Source of the DNA: Pseudomonas phage TC6
Direction: 5' to 3' (one strand)
Length of the DNA: 49,796 bases
Sequence record: MG676466.1
Position numbers and translations under genes: made by a program. Of this stretch, positions 9,563-20,717 are shown piece after piece. Numbering within the stretch: the stretch's first letter is position 1; each line of letters begins with the position of its first letter. The notes under the pieces are model-generated. The model saw only the letters and a list, made by a program, of their open reading frames with translations, was not told where the DNA came from and ran no database searches.

Positions 9563-10366
9563 ATGATTAAGACACTGCTCGATATTGTGCAAGACATACT
9601 CTCTGAAATGAGCAGTGATGAAGTCAACAGCATCAACGATACTATTGAGTCTATGCAAGTAGCCCAGATTGTAAAATCTGTCTACATGTCTATGATGAGC
9701 AATAGGAATTGGCCACATCAAAGAAAGCTTATTCAGCTTGAACCGTCTGGCGATGATGCTTACCCAACCCACATGAAGTTGCAAACTCCGATTAAGGAAA
9801 TGTGCTTCATCAACTATGACTGTGTTAAAGATGGGGAAACCCGTAAGAGATACAGGACTATGAAGTGGGCTGAACCTGATGACTTCCTCCGCTCCATTAG
9901 TAAGAGAAACAATGATCAAGATAACATTGATGTTATTATTGATCCCTCTGGTGTAGAGCTGTTGATCAGAAATGATTTAGCCCCGACATACTACACCTCA
10001 TTTGATGATACTACGCTTATTTTCGATTCTTATGATAAGGCAGTGGATGATACCCTGCAAAAATCCAAGATTCAAGCTATGGCGTATGTTATGCCTGTCT
10101 TCTTTATGGATGATAATTTCATCCCAGAAATTCCAGACGAAGCACGAGCCGCTCTTCTGGAAGAAGCTAAGAGCAGGGCGTTCATAACCATTAAGCAAAT
10201 GGCTAACCAGAAAGCAGAGCAAGAAGCTCAGCGTCAACAAGCCTGGTTGAGTCGAAAAGCTTGGAGAGTGAACGGTGGTATCAAATATCCCAACTATGGT
10301 AGGAACAGCATGAAGCATCAAAGCTCCCCCTACTTCGATAAACACAACAAGAAACCCACACCTTAA
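9563..10366 (+). CDS. tail tubular protein A / adaptor (T7 gp11-like)
   Basis: N-terminal pattern LLDIVQDIL...RNW resembles T7 gp11 (ELSAVNDILASIG...RGW). Located upstream of the large gp12-like ORF. Confidence 0.45.
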   Translation: MIKTLLDIVQDILSEMSSDEVNSINDTIESMQVAQIVKSVYMSMMSNRNWPHQRKLIQLEPSGDDAYPTHMKLQTPIKEMCFINYDCVKDGETRKRYRTMKWAEPDDFLRSISKRNNDQDNIDVIIDPSGVELLIRNDLAPTYYTSFDDTTLIFDSYDKAVDDTLQKSKIQAMAYVMPVFFMDDNFIPEIPDEARAALLEEAKSRAFITIKQMANQKAEQEAQRQQAWLSRKAWRVNGGIKYPNYGRNSMKHQSSPYFDKHNKKPTP

Positions 10367-10375
10367 GGAAAAATT

Positions 10376-10564
10376 ATGAGCGTAGAATACAAAGGCTATC
10401 AGATCGTCAATGACGGGACTTATGGCTTTAAAGAAATTAAACCTCTTGGCAAGGGTTCAGTACACATGTCCCTGCGGGGTAAGTTCACTAATGACCGTAT
10501 TGCTAAGGTAGCTATTGATACTTTCCTGAGCAAGAAGGTAGACACTAATGGCAAAGACGACTAA
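10376..10564 (+). CDS. hypothetical small protein
   Basis: 62 aa ORF with RBS AAGGAAAAATT. Confidence 0.35.
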   Translation: MSVEYKGYQIVNDGTYGFKEIKPLGKGSVHMSLRGKFTNDRIAKVAIDTFLSKKVDTNGKDD

Positions 10565-12863
10565 CGCTGCCGAGTTTAACACTTTTGTTGGGGGGCTAAT
10601 CACCGAGGCTAGCCCCTTAACTTTTCCTCAAAATGCCTCCATTGATGAAGTCAATTTCATTCTTAACCGAGATGGGTCTAGAAACAGACGCAACGGTATG
10701 GACTTTGAAAATGGCGCCACTAAAGTTGTATGCAACACGTTAGTTCCAGCAGATGGCACTATTGCCGTTACCTCACATAACTGGGAGAATGCTGGTGGTG
10801 AAGTTGGTAGATGGATTAGCCTTGTGCAGGTAGGCACGGAGTTGAAGTTTTTTCAGACTACTGGAGAGACACTATCCGAGGGCAACTTCTACAACTACCA
10901 GTTTGTTAATATGTCTCCAAGTCATAAACTCTCTTATGCTGTCGTAGACGGTTTGCTGGTAGTAGCTAACGGTAGTAGAGATATTTATGTCTTCGAATAC
11001 GACAGCGGCTCTGTTAGCGTAACAACCAAAAGACTGTTAGTTAGAGATTTGTTTGGCGTCCAGGATATTGTGAATGGCGTTGATCTTAGGCAAGGCAACG
11101 ACATTGCAACCAGACCGACTGTTCAAACTAACGCTCATATCTACAACTTGAGAAACCAGACGTTTGGTGTACCAAGGGCGACCTGGCATAGTAACGAACC
11201 GTCTGATCCTATTGTAACTTTTAGATCAGCAGCTTCTGGTAAATTTCCATCCAACTCTGACTCTGTGAATTTGGCACTGTCCAAACGTGCAGATGTTGAG
11301 CCAAGCACTACTGATAGATTTAGAGCCGAGGATATTGTACTCAACCCAATCGGTACATATGAGACAGCTAGAGGCTTCTTTATCATTGATGCAATGGCTC
11401 GTGGTAAAAGTAGACTAGAAGAAATAGTGAAGCTGAAGCAGAGATACCCTTCTTTGTCTTTTGGCGTGTCTTCTTTGCCACAAGATGAAACCCCAGGTGG
11501 AGCTAGTGTAGTTTGTGAATACGCTGGCAGGGTTTGGTATGCTGGTTTCTCTGGTCAGATTATTGATGGTGATGATCAATCACCTAGACTTGTTTCCTAC
11601 ATTTTGTTTAGCCAATTGGTAGATAGCCCAGCAGATATTGTGAACTGCTACCAAGATGGCGATCCTACCAGTACAGAAGAGCCAGAACTAGTAGATACTG
11701 ATGGCGGATTTATTCGTATCGAAGGCGCCTACGACATTATCAATTTGGTCAATGTCGGAAGTGCTGTAATGGTAGTGGCAGCTAACGGTATATGGATGAT
11801 CCAAGGTGGTAGTGACTATGGATTCACTGCAACCAACTACCTTGTTACTAAGGTTAGTGAGCATGGCTGCTCTTCTCCTAACTCCGTAGTGGTTATTGAT
11901 AACAGTTTCATGTATTGGGGTGATGATGGTATTTACCATTTGACCAGAAACCAATACGGTGACTATGTAGCAAACAACCTCACTGAGAAGACCATTCAGA
12001 AGTATTATGAAAAGATTCCATCTGATGCTATTCTAAACGCTACTGGTTTTTATGACAGTTACGATAAGAAAGTTAAATGGCTTTACAATACTGTCTTGGA
12101 TGGCAGGACTGAGCCAGTCACTGAGTTAGTTTTTGATCTTGCCTTGGGTGCGTTCTATCCATCTAAAATTGGAAGCTTGACTGCTGGTAGGTTGCCAATT
12201 CCTGTAGGCTCTGTAAAAATTCCACCCTACAAATTGGTGGAGACTGACGAAGAAGTAACCGTAGACTCTGAGCAGGTAACTGTCACTGGGGAATTGGTCA
12301 CCGTTAAGGTTAGCACTAGATCGCCAGTAATCAGGGAAACCAAATACATCATTGTAGAAAAGTTGTCCTCACCTATGCGTATCAGCTTTGGTGGGTATAC
12401 AGATGATGAGTTTGTTGACTGGAAGTCGGTTGACGGTGTAGGAGTCGATGCACCTGCTTATCTGTTGACAGGGTATCTGGCTGGTGGTGATTATCAAAGA
12501 GAAAAGTTTGTCCCATACATCACTTTCCACTTCAAGAAGACTGAGGATGGTTTTGTAGAAGACGCTGAAGGTGATTGGACACCAACCAACCAATCCTCGT
12601 GTATGGTTCAGAGTCAGTGGTCTTGGACTAACTCTCCGGCCTCTAACAAATGGGGTAGGACTTGGCAAGCCTACAGATTTAGAAGCCACTTTTTCCCAGA
12701 CAACATCGATAACCAATTTGATGATGGCAACTCTGTAGTAGAAACCAAAAGCAGATTGCGGGGAAGTGGTAAAGTCTTGTCTTTGTATATCACTACTGAG
12801 CCTAAGAAGAACCTTCACATTTATGGTTGGTCTATGTTGGTGGATGTAAATGGAACAGTCTAA
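10548..12863 (+). CDS. tail tubular protein B (nozzle, T7 gp12-like)
   Basis: 771 aa beta-rich ORF following the gp11-like gene. Size and position match podovirus nozzle proteins. Confidence 0.5.
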   Translation: MAKTTNAAEFNTFVGGLITEASPLTFPQNASIDEVNFILNRDGSRNRRNGMDFENGATKVVCNTLVPADGTIAVTSHNWENAGGEVGRWISLVQVGTELKFFQTTGETLSEGNFYNYQFVNMSPSHKLSYAVVDGLLVVANGSRDIYVFEYDSGSVSVTTKRLLVRDLFGVQDIVNGVDLRQGNDIATRPTVQTNAHIYNLRNQTFGVPRATWHSNEPSDPIVTFRSAASGKFPSNSDSVNLALSKRADVEPSTTDRFRAEDIVLNPIGTYETARGFFIIDAMARGKSRLEEIVKLKQRYPSLSFGVSSLPQDETPGGASVVCEYAGRVWYAGFSGQIIDGDDQSPRLVSYILFSQLVDSPADIVNCYQDGDPTSTEEPELVDTDGGFIRIEGAYDIINLVNVGSAVMVVAANGIWMIQGGSDYGFTATNYLVTKVSEHGCSSPNSVVVIDNSFMYWGDDGIYHLTRNQYGDYVANNLTEKTIQKYYEKIPSDAILNATGFYDSYDKKVKWLYNTVLDGRTEPVTELVFDLALGAFYPSKIGSLTAGRLPIPVGSVKIPPYKLVETDEEVTVDSEQVTVTGELVTVKVSTRSPVIRETKYIIVEKLSSPMRISFGGYTDDEFVDWKSVDGVGVDAPAYLLTGYLAGGDYQREKFVPYITFHFKKTEDGFVEDAEGDWTPTNQSSCMVQSQWSWTNSPASNKWGRTWQAYRFRSHFFPDNIDNQFDDGNSVVETKSRLRGSGKVLSLYITTEPKKNLHIYGWSMLVDVNGTV

Positions 12864-13179
12864 CGAAGTTGTAGTGTGTGAAGATTCTGAAGTGAAGGTC
12901 GGAGCAGAGGTCAGAGATGGCCTCTTGTTCTGCCATTGCTACATCAAGACAGAACCTAGCATGTACCTTATGAAGAAGTTAAAAACTTGGTGGGCTATTA
13001 TCAAAGAGGAGGCGTATATTTCCGGTTTTGATTATATCTACACATACACACCTAATATAAAATTCTGTAAAGTGTTAGATAATTCTTTTGATCATCTAGA
13101 CACTATAGAGGTTAACGGAGAAAAATTGGAGGTACTTAGATGGGAGCTGATCCGATCTCCATCACTATCGCTGCCGTAG
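12850..13179 (+). CDS. hypothetical protein
   Basis: 109 aa ORF overlapping the end of the upstream gene. Confidence 0.3.
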   Translation: MEQSNEVVVCEDSEVKVGAEVRDGLLFCHCYIKTEPSMYLMKKLKTWWAIIKEEAYISGFDYIYTYTPNIKFCKVLDNSFDHLDTIEVNGEKLEVLRWELIRSPSLSLP

Positions 13180-13691
13180 TAGCAGCTAGTACAGTTAATG
13201 AGATTATTACTCAAAAGGGGGCTACGGAAGATGCTGCTAAAGCACAAAGAAAAGCTGCCTCCACTGCTCAAAACGAACGGATGAACAGGGACCTAGAGAC
13301 TAAGCGACAGCAGCTTAGACAAGAGCGTGTTAGACGGGCTCAGATCCAACAGTCTTCTCAGAACACGGGCGTAGCTGCCAGCTCTGGTCAGATTGGAGCT
13401 GAGTCGGCTATCAACACTCAAGTAGGTCAGAACATCTCTAACATTACATCAGAACAACAAGCTAACTTAGCTATTGGCTATTACCAACAGAAAGCCTCTG
13501 ACGCTCAGGTAAGAGCGCAAAGCGGTCAACAATTTACTCAATTGGCTATGACCGGCCTTAGCTTGTACAGTGGATTTGGTGCAGCTAATGCAGCCGCTGC
13601 TAACCCAGGTATTGGTACTGGCGCAGCAGCAGGAGCTAATATGTCGCCAAGTACTGTGACCAATCCGTTTACACTTAATTTGTTTCAATAA
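13140..13691 (+). CDS. internal virion protein (gp13/14-like)
   Basis: 183 aa Ala/Gln-rich ORF with a strong RBS (GGAGGT), upstream of the giant internal protein. Confidence 0.4.
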   Translation: MGADPISITIAAVVAASTVNEIITQKGATEDAAKAQRKAASTAQNERMNRDLETKRQQLRQERVRRAQIQQSSQNTGVAASSGQIGAESAINTQVGQNISNITSEQQANLAIGYYQQKASDAQVRAQSGQQFTQLAMTGLSLYSGFGAANAAAANPGIGTGAAAGANMSPSTVTNPFTLNLFQ

Positions 13692-13701
13692 CGAGGAATA
13701 G

Positions 13702-16700
13702 ATGGCTAGTCTTCAAGAATTTAATTCTACTGCTACCCCGGAGCTTGGTGAATTCCAAGTTGGGGTGAATCAAACAGCACCGGTTAGCAACCAAGCATCC
13801 AACTTGAACCTAGCCGCTCACTCTGCTGCACTTGTCCAAGACCCACAGCAAGTAATGGACGCTTACAACATTTCCCTCTCTGAAATGTCGTTGGAGGGTA
13901 AGTCGCAAGCGGCCCAAGCAATCTTTGACACTGCTAAGCAACAGTCTTTCAATCAACAAAAACAAGCCCTTGTAAATCTTCTGGTGGACCCTAATGTTTC
14001 TGATGAAGAGAAAAAGAAAGCGGCTCTTGGAGTTCTCGATTGGCAAGATAGTAGATATAACATTCGTAACACTCTCTCCACTAACGCCATCATTGCACCC
14101 TCTGGTAAAGAGAACAGTGAAATGGAGTTTACTCGTGTTAATCTTGCTGATAGTGTTCAAGCTGTAAACGAGTATAAGAGGGAAGCTCAAGCCATACTAA
14201 ATGGTCAAGTAGCTGCTGTAGACGCTGAGACTATGACAGCTTTTGCTGATGTGTTTCAGTATTTCATCCCGTTCGTAGAGAGCAAATTTGCTGGCACCAT
14301 TCTAGATGATCTTAAGAATGGTGGTGGTCATGCCTATATCCAAGCCACAGCTATGCTGGGAAGCGCTAAGATGGATATTAAGGACATGGTCAATAGCATC
14401 CCACCGGAGCAACGTATCGGCTTCACACAGGCCGTTGTAAACGCCGTTAACGCTAACAAGAATATCGTTATGGTGGACGAGAATGATTTTGCTAAAGTCG
14501 ACTATCTCCGTTCGTTCTTGGAAGAGGGTTATTACGGTGACACTTTTAAGTGGGTGGATAACGTAGTCTCTATTCTGAACATCGTAGGTCTTGGTGCTTT
14601 TGCAGGTCGTGTGGCTCGTGGTGTTACTAGGGCTGCTAGGATTAGTGAAGACACTGCACGAAACATTAGACGTGAGTCTGTTGTTAACCGAGTACAGCCG
14701 ACCACTATTAGTCAGAACTATAAAGACACTAACCCAGCTAAAGCACAAGCTGTACACGAAGCTGCTGCCTCTGACCTTACTGGTGAAGCTTCTCAAGCCC
14801 TTTATGGTGCTTCTAGGGAAGAAGCTATTGTACACGATTTGGCCCCTCAAATTGGTAGTGTAGACAATAGTGTCAAAGCTAAAGTGGGAAATGCTGGTGC
14901 AATGTACGACCAACAAATCACCCCTCCAGCAGAACTAATGGACTTCGTTAACAATAACGGAGCCATCCACTATTGGGAAGCTGAGAAGCGTCAACTTCGT
15001 GCAGACGTAGTTAACGACTTTGAACAAGTGCATGGCATGAATGCCCGCAAGGAAATGTTCCAAGTAGAAGACCTGCCCGATGGCGTTAAGATTCGTGCTA
15101 TGTACGGACCTGCTCAGGGTGGCTTTAGCTCGGCTGAAGAAGCTAGGGAAATGGCTAAGTGGGCGCTGAGGGACTACGGTGTTGAAGATAAAAATATCAT
15201 TCTCATGCAACGTGATGGCCCTAACTACTACGCTGTAACTGACGAGCAAGCTAATATTAGGTTGGCTAAGGATGTTATCGTAGGCGGTCCAGGTGGTGCT
15301 AGAGGCATGTCTATCACTCGCACTAAACCAGACTTCTTGGTTATGGTTGATCATGAGTATAAGTTCTCCCCTCTGGATGTAGCTCAGTGGGCTGAGGCCG
15401 ATGTTAAGTACAACATCTTCGACCGTATCCCTGCTTTCAATGGCGCTGCTGGTGCAGGCTCTCTACAAGCTCATGTGCTCGATTTTGCCTCTACCCTTCA
15501 CCCTACCATTATCAAGGGTGCAAACGTCGCTGTAGACAAAGCTGCGAGCCTTGAGAAGCAACTATTGGACGTAGGTAAAACCTTTACTGATAACTTCACT
15601 AAGTTGCCTAAAGAAAGGCAAGCTTTGTTGAACGATATCATCAAGAAAGCTAACGACCAAGGTTTGAATTTTGATTATGCCAAGATGGCAGCCGACGGTT
15701 TGACCAAAGCCGAGATGGATACTCTTCGTAGTTGGAAACACTATTGGGACACGGCCTATTGGATTGAGAATAAAGACATGGCACGCACCCTCCGTGCTCG
15801 TGGTTATCAAGAGTTTGTAGACGAAGCTTATGACACTAGGTTGTTTGCCCGCCCTGTTAGCCGTCAACGTATTGGTCGTTCAGCTAAGGTGTATGACCAT
15901 ATCAATGATGAGATTAGAGTTCTCAGTAATGAAGAGTTGACTGATCTGTACCAACGTAATGGAACTATAGCACAATTGCGTCAGCCCGTACAAAGGGGCG
16001 ATGATGCGGCTGAGTTTATTGTTTCTGAGCAAGCGGCAGGTAGAGGTTACCTGAGAGCTTTGAATGATAGTAGTCAAGTCTTGAACTACCGCAGAGGTTA
16101 CTACTCTGTACATTACAAAGACCCGCAATTCATTGTTAAAGTGGTGAAGGATAAGCGTGGCAATGTATTGTATGAGAAGGCTGTAGCGACTGCTGGCAAC
16201 GTCAAAGACGCAGACTTGATGGTTCGTAGGATGAAAGCTGTAGACAGTGCCAGCGACTTCTATCGTCGTCCTGACCTGAAGAAGGAAGGATTTAGAGGTG
16301 ATGATCATTGGGACCTGCAATCTGCTAGAGGCCGTAGCGCTCAGAAGATTCGTGGTAAGAGATTGGAAGATGCCACCTCTACTTTGAGCAGCCCTAGTCA
16401 GGCTAACATCCTTGGTCCTGTAGATAGTATGATTTTGTCTGCTCGTAGTATTGCTAACCGTGTGAGCATGCGCGACTATCTGGAAGTTACTAAAGAGCGT
16501 TTTGTCAATCAGTTCAGAGAGTATCTGCCTAAAGATCAATTTGGTAGACCTACTTTCCCGAGCAAGGTTGATGATGTTCGTTACTATGGTGGTCACACCC
16601 CAGACAGTAAGAGATTGGCTGATGCTAGAACTACCTTCTCCTACCTGCGTTACATGGAAGATGGCTATATTAACCACATTGATGATGGCATTAAAGCTAC

Positions 16701-18366
16701 GTTGAAAACCATTGCAGACATTGCTGGTAATGCTGGGCTCACTAAAACTGAGAAGGCATTCACTTGGCTAGGTGAAGCAAGAGGTTTGAGCGCTATGGGT
16801 AAGAACATTGCGTTCAACCTGTATCTAGCTCTTAACCCTCTCCGTCAATTGGTAGTGCAGAGCCACCAAGCTGTACAACTCTTCGCTAACTTCCCACGTT
16901 GGATTATGAGTGGATTGGCTACTCCTCAGATTACCATCCTCACTTCTTTCCAACTTGGTATCGCTCCAAACAAAGCTCTGCTTAAAGCAGCAGGTATGAC
17001 TTTGGATGAAGCCCGTCAGATGTTTAAAGAGTTTGACGCTTCTGGTCTCGTAGCTTCCATTGACAAACAGAACCTGATCCGTGGTGCTATGGCTAGTCTG
17101 GCTGACCAAGCCGCTAAGAAAGACTTTGCTCCGTTGACCTTCCTTCGTCGAGTTGGTTTTGACGCTGGTGAAAACGTGAACATGCAGACTGCTTGGTTGG
17201 CTCATCGTGATGCAGCTATTCGTGCAGGTAAGGACGTACACGCTAAAGACACTCTGGAAGAAATTTCAGCTTTGGCACGTAACTACACCTACAACATGAA
17301 CGCTGCTGGTGACATGCCGTACAACCAGAACTTCTTGGCTGCTGTCTTCCAGTTTATGCAAGTTCCGCATAAAGCATTGACCACTATGACTACTAACCGT
17401 GTACTCACTCCTCAACAGAAGTTGAGACTGCTAGGGTTTAACGCAGTGATGTATACTCTACCACCGGCTGCTATGTATAGTTGGTTTGGTAGTATTCTGC
17501 CTAATGACCCTGTAGCTCGGGATGCTGTGGTTAACGGTCTTGAAGGGGCTATGCTCAACAAGCTGTTGTCTTTGGCTACTGGCGAGGAAACTCGTATTGA
17601 CTGGAGCGGATTGAGTCCCTTTAATTTGTATGGAACTATGGACTTCATTCACAGCCTGTTCACTACTGATGTTGGCACCATCCTGGCTTCCACTCCTAGT
17701 GGTCAGCTCCTGTTTGGTAACAACCCTCGTATTACCAACTTTGCTAAGACTGCTGCTCGTTACTTCAACTTGATTGATGATTATGAAGACCCAACTACGT
17801 TTAGCCAAGTGGCTTTGCAGTTTGGTAAGTTGTCGTCTGGTTTCTCTAACGCGTACAAAGCAGCTTATGCTATGGAGTATGGTAACAAGGTTAACACCCT
17901 TGGTGGCGTAACTGATAGTCGTGTGTCCACTCCTGAAGCTATGGCACAAGCCCTTGGCTTCGGCACCTTGGATGAAGCTCAACGTTATTGGGTGAGCAAC
18001 ACTACTTACGAGAAATCTAAATCTTTCGAGAAGGACGTAACTGAATGGTATAGAGGTCTGAAACAACACATGGTTGCTTCTGGTAAATCTACTGAAGAGT
18101 ACAACAACATCCTTCAGGTTTACAGTGAAGCTTGGCGTGTGTGGGGAAATGACAATTTCAAAGCCAAGCAGATTATCGACCAACTTCTGAGAAAGGACCT
18201 TGAGAGTGGTGACAATCGTATGTACAAGAACTTGCTCAACATGACTGGCATTATGAGCAAAGATGAACTTAAGAATTTGGTTAACGGTATGCCTAACATT
18301 ACAGAAGAGCAACGCAGCCAAATCCAAAATACCATTGATTTTATTGATAGTTATAAGGAGCCCTAA
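13702..18366 (+). CDS. large internal virion / DNA-ejection protein (1554 aa)
   Basis: Giant ORF in the T7 gp15/gp16 position. All internal ORFs on other frames look spurious. Confidence 0.6.
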   Translation: MASLQEFNSTATPELGEFQVGVNQTAPVSNQASNLNLAAHSAALVQDPQQVMDAYNISLSEMSLEGKSQAAQAIFDTAKQQSFNQQKQALVNLLVDPNVSDEEKKKAALGVLDWQDSRYNIRNTLSTNAIIAPSGKENSEMEFTRVNLADSVQAVNEYKREAQAILNGQVAAVDAETMTAFADVFQYFIPFVESKFAGTILDDLKNGGGHAYIQATAMLGSAKMDIKDMVNSIPPEQRIGFTQAVVNAVNANKNIVMVDENDFAKVDYLRSFLEEGYYGDTFKWVDNVVSILNIVGLGAFAGRVARGVTRAARISEDTARNIRRESVVNRVQPTTISQNYKDTNPAKAQAVHEAAASDLTGEASQALYGASREEAIVHDLAPQIGSVDNSVKAKVGNAGAMYDQQITPPAELMDFVNNNGAIHYWEAEKRQLRADVVNDFEQVHGMNARKEMFQVEDLPDGVKIRAMYGPAQGGFSSAEEAREMAKWALRDYGVEDKNIILMQRDGPNYYAVTDEQANIRLAKDVIVGGPGGARGMSITRTKPDFLVMVDHEYKFSPLDVAQWAEADVKYNIFDRIPAFNGAAGAGSLQAHVLDFASTLHPTIIKGANVAVDKAASLEKQLLDVGKTFTDNFTKLPKERQALLNDIIKKANDQGLNFDYAKMAADGLTKAEMDTLRSWKHYWDTAYWIENKDMARTLRARGYQEFVDEAYDTRLFARPVSRQRIGRSAKVYDHINDEIRVLSNEELTDLYQRNGTIAQLRQPVQRGDDAAEFIVSEQAAGRGYLRALNDSSQVLNYRRGYYSVHYKDPQFIVKVVKDKRGNVLYEKAVATAGNVKDADLMVRRMKAVDSASDFYRRPDLKKEGFRGDDHWDLQSARGRSAQKIRGKRLEDATSTLSSPSQANILGPVDSMILSARSIANRVSMRDYLEVTKERFVNQFREYLPKDQFGRPTFPSKVDDVRYYGGHTPDSKRLADARTTFSYLRYMEDGYINHIDDGIKATLKTIADIAGNAGLTKTEKAFTWLGEARGLSAMGKNIAFNLYLALNPLRQLVVQSHQAVQLFANFPRWIMSGLATPQITILTSFQLGIAPNKALLKAAGMTLDEARQMFKEFDASGLVASIDKQNLIRGAMASLADQAAKKDFAPLTFLRRVGFDAGENVNMQTAWLAHRDAAIRAGKDVHAKDTLEEISALARNYTYNMNAAGDMPYNQNFLAAVFQFMQVPHKALTTMTTNRVLTPQQKLRLLGFNAVMYTLPPAAMYSWFGSILPNDPVARDAVVNGLEGAMLNKLLSLATGEETRIDWSGLSPFNLYGTMDFIHSLFTTDVGTILASTPSGQLLFGNNPRITNFAKTAARYFNLIDDYEDPTTFSQVALQFGKLSSGFSNAYKAAYAMEYGNKVNTLGGVTDSRVSTPEAMAQALGFGTLDEAQRYWVSNTTYEKSKSFEKDVTEWYRGLKQHMVASGKSTEEYNNILQVYSEAWRVWGNDNFKAKQIIDQLLRKDLESGDNRMYKNLLNMTGIMSKDELKNLVNGMPNITEEQRSQIQNTIDFIDSYKEP

Positions 18367-20144
18367 TGGCTGAATTCAATACTGGTATCCAACCTCTGGC
18401 TGGGAGTGCAACCACTCCCATGCCTCCGGTGGTTGACCGATCTTCTTCTGTGACTCTTGACGCATTCTCTGACATAGCCCAGACCGTAGTGCCTGGGTTG
18501 CTCAAGACTCAGGTTGCTAGACAGAAAGCTGAACTTGAGCAGATGAAGAACCAAGCCCTTAGCAACTTTGCACAAACCCAACTTAAACTAGCAGACGCTG
18601 TGGACATGGGGGATATCTCCAGCCAAGAAGCACGTATGCGTATGCGTAAAAACTATACTGAGGCGGTGGCTAACAGCCCCGCTTTGGTTGGTGATTTCGC
18701 AGAGTTGCAGAAACAACTTGTCTCTACTTCTGGTCTTGGCAAGGTTGTAGCTGATGGAACTGACAAGGAAAAGATTTGGCTGGCTGCCGAGAAGGAAGCT
18801 ACTCTGAATGGTTGGGTACCACCGAGTGCTAAAGGAGAGGGTGAACGACTTGAAGCCACTCAGAATTATCTGAACTTCAAACGTGCACAAGAAGACTTGC
18901 AGATGCAACAACGTCAAGTAGCCCTGCAAACGGCCAAGATTAACCAACAGACGGCTGTTTACTCCAGGGATAGTGCTAGGCTAGGCCTCGTACAAAGAGA
19001 GCGTGCTGAGCGTTCTAGAGTGGCTGTAGGCAATCTCGCTGATAGTTACAACTACAAGTTCAACAATGATCTGCAAGAGATTATGGCTCGTAAGGATCGT
19101 GGTGAAATTAGTGAGCAAGATGCTATTATGATGGTCAATCAACAATACGCCATCATCCAGCAGACTGTCTCTCAGATCGGCTCTGACGCACCGTCCGAGT
19201 ACGTTAACAACATCACCAACCCCATGAAGCTACGCTATCAAACTGCTCTTGACTATGTAAGTGGTAAGATTGATAACGAAGTGTTGAAGAATAAGAACGA
19301 GAACATTCTCGCTCAACAGAAGCTCAACCTACTTGGTGACCCTGAAGTAGCTCGTGTAGTAGCTACCTCCAGTATGTTCCAATACGCTTCCCCTAACCTC
19401 CTGCAAGTAATTGACAGGAAGGTAGTGGATAAGATTAGCCAGAACATGCCTAGCCAAACTGGTGGTAAGCCTGTTGATGTTATGCCAGATAATGACAACG
19501 AGAAACAGTCCAACCAAAGCTACCTGTCTATGGTTAAAGAAGGTATGACTGCTTTCAATGGTGGTCGTATGAATGGCGATCAGCTTGCTGAGCGTGAGCT
19601 TGATCAACACGTTAGTCAAATGCTGAAAGGTATCAATGCTTATGGTCCTGCCACTGAGCGTCCTCAAGACTTCAACCAGATTGTTGACTTCCTGGCTGAT
19701 CCTCAATTTGGTAAGTATACCAGCGCTCGTGGTGGTGTTCCTGCTGACACAGCAGTAGCGGCTAAGAACGTACTGAGCCAACAATACGAACAAGCTGTCA
19801 TCCCTCTCATTCGGAAGGAGTATGAACAAGCTCGTATCATTGATCTACAAGCCACTCCTAGCCAAGCACTTAGAGGTCAAGCTACTTCTACTGTTAGCAA
19901 TCCGACTGATGTTATCAAACCTGTGTTTACTGGCAGTGGTGTGGTGTTCCAAGCCAAGCCTGATGCTTCTCTTGCCATCCGTAGGAAAGCTCAGGACCTG
20001 AACAAGAGTGTCTCCCCTGTATTGAACAGGCTTATTCGTATGTCTGCTCACTTGGACGGTAACACTGACTATCGGTCTACTTGGCAGAAGAATTACGAAG
20101 CTTTGTTTGGTATTGGAGAGGAGGAGAATAGTGCGAACGAATAA
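18366..20144 (+). CDS. internal virion protein (592 aa)
   Basis: Its start overlaps the stop of the giant ORF (TAATG). Q/A-rich. Confidence 0.5.
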   Translation: MAEFNTGIQPLAGSATTPMPPVVDRSSSVTLDAFSDIAQTVVPGLLKTQVARQKAELEQMKNQALSNFAQTQLKLADAVDMGDISSQEARMRMRKNYTEAVANSPALVGDFAELQKQLVSTSGLGKVVADGTDKEKIWLAAEKEATLNGWVPPSAKGEGERLEATQNYLNFKRAQEDLQMQQRQVALQTAKINQQTAVYSRDSARLGLVQRERAERSRVAVGNLADSYNYKFNNDLQEIMARKDRGEISEQDAIMMVNQQYAIIQQTVSQIGSDAPSEYVNNITNPMKLRYQTALDYVSGKIDNEVLKNKNENILAQQKLNLLGDPEVARVVATSSMFQYASPNLLQVIDRKVVDKISQNMPSQTGGKPVDVMPDNDNEKQSNQSYLSMVKEGMTAFNGGRMNGDQLAERELDQHVSQMLKGINAYGPATERPQDFNQIVDFLADPQFGKYTSARGGVPADTAVAAKNVLSQQYEQAVIPLIRKEYEQARIIDLQATPSQALRGQATSTVSNPTDVIKPVFTGSGVVFQAKPDASLAIRRKAQDLNKSVSPVLNRLIRMSAHLDGNTDYRSTWQKNYEALFGIGEEENSANE

Positions 20145-20568
20145 TATCGACGCCATTAAAGAACACGAGGGGCTACGTCTTGTAGCCTACCTCGATTCTG
20201 TAGGGGTGTGGACTATTGGATATGGTGATACTGGCCCTGATGTAGTTAAGGGCCTTACTATCACTAAGGAAGAGGCCGAGAAGCGTCTTAGGAAGCGTCT
20301 GGTGGAGTTTGAAGGGTATGTCAATACCTACGTCAAGGTTCCACTAAAACAGCATCAGTTCGACGCTCTGGTGAGTTTGGTGTACAACATTGGTCCTGCT
20401 AACTTCAAGACCTCGACGTTGCTTAAGAAGCTTAATGCTGGGGATTATATTGGAGCGGCTGATCAGTTCCTAGTGTGGGACAAAGGCCGAGTAGATGGGA
20501 AGCTTGTTGTGATTAAGGGTCTTGCTAATAGGCGGGCCAAAGAACGTAAACAATTCCTTGGAGAATGA
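20131..20568 (+). CDS. endolysin, GH24 (T4-lysozyme-like)
   Basis: [20 protein letters not shown] catalytic motif. Start refined to the GTG with RBS GGAGGAG, overlapping the upstream stop. Confidence 0.85.
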   Translation: MRTNNIDAIKEHEGLRLVAYLDSVGVWTIGYGDTGPDVVKGLTITKEEAEKRLRKRLVEFEGYVNTYVKVPLKQHQFDALVSLVYNIGPANFKTSTLLKKLNAGDYIGAADQFLVWDKGRVDGKLVVIKGLANRRAKERKQFLGE

Positions 20569-20569
20569 C

Positions 20570-20716
20570 ATGCCGTTAAAGAAGGGCAAGAGTAAGAAAA
20601 CGATCAGTAAGAATATTGCTGAACTAAAGAGGAGTGGTAGGCCCACTGATCAAGCAGTGGCAATCGCCTACAGTAAAGCCGGAAAGTCTAAGAAGACTAA
20701 GAAGGGGAAGAAATGA
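20570..20716 (+). CDS. small lysine-rich protein
   Basis: [10 protein letters not shown]...KKTKKGKK sequence with RBS GGAGAATGAC. Confidence 0.3.
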   Translation: MPLKKGKSKKTISKNIAELKRSGRPTDQAVAIAYSKAGKSKKTKKGKK

Positions 20717-20717
20717 A

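Noticed and set aside
9246-9919. Antisense ORFs 9246-9545 and 9533-9919 opposite virion genes
   Set aside because: They are embedded in plus-strand structural genes with good RBSs. They are shadow ORFs.
13810-18335. Many antisense or alternative-frame ORFs inside the 1554 aa virion protein gene (for example 14302-14916-, 15880-16677-, 17458-18327-)
   Set aside because: They are fully contained within a well-supported long gene on the opposite strand. Their composition is low-complexity Ser/Thr/Val. They are typical shadow ORFs.
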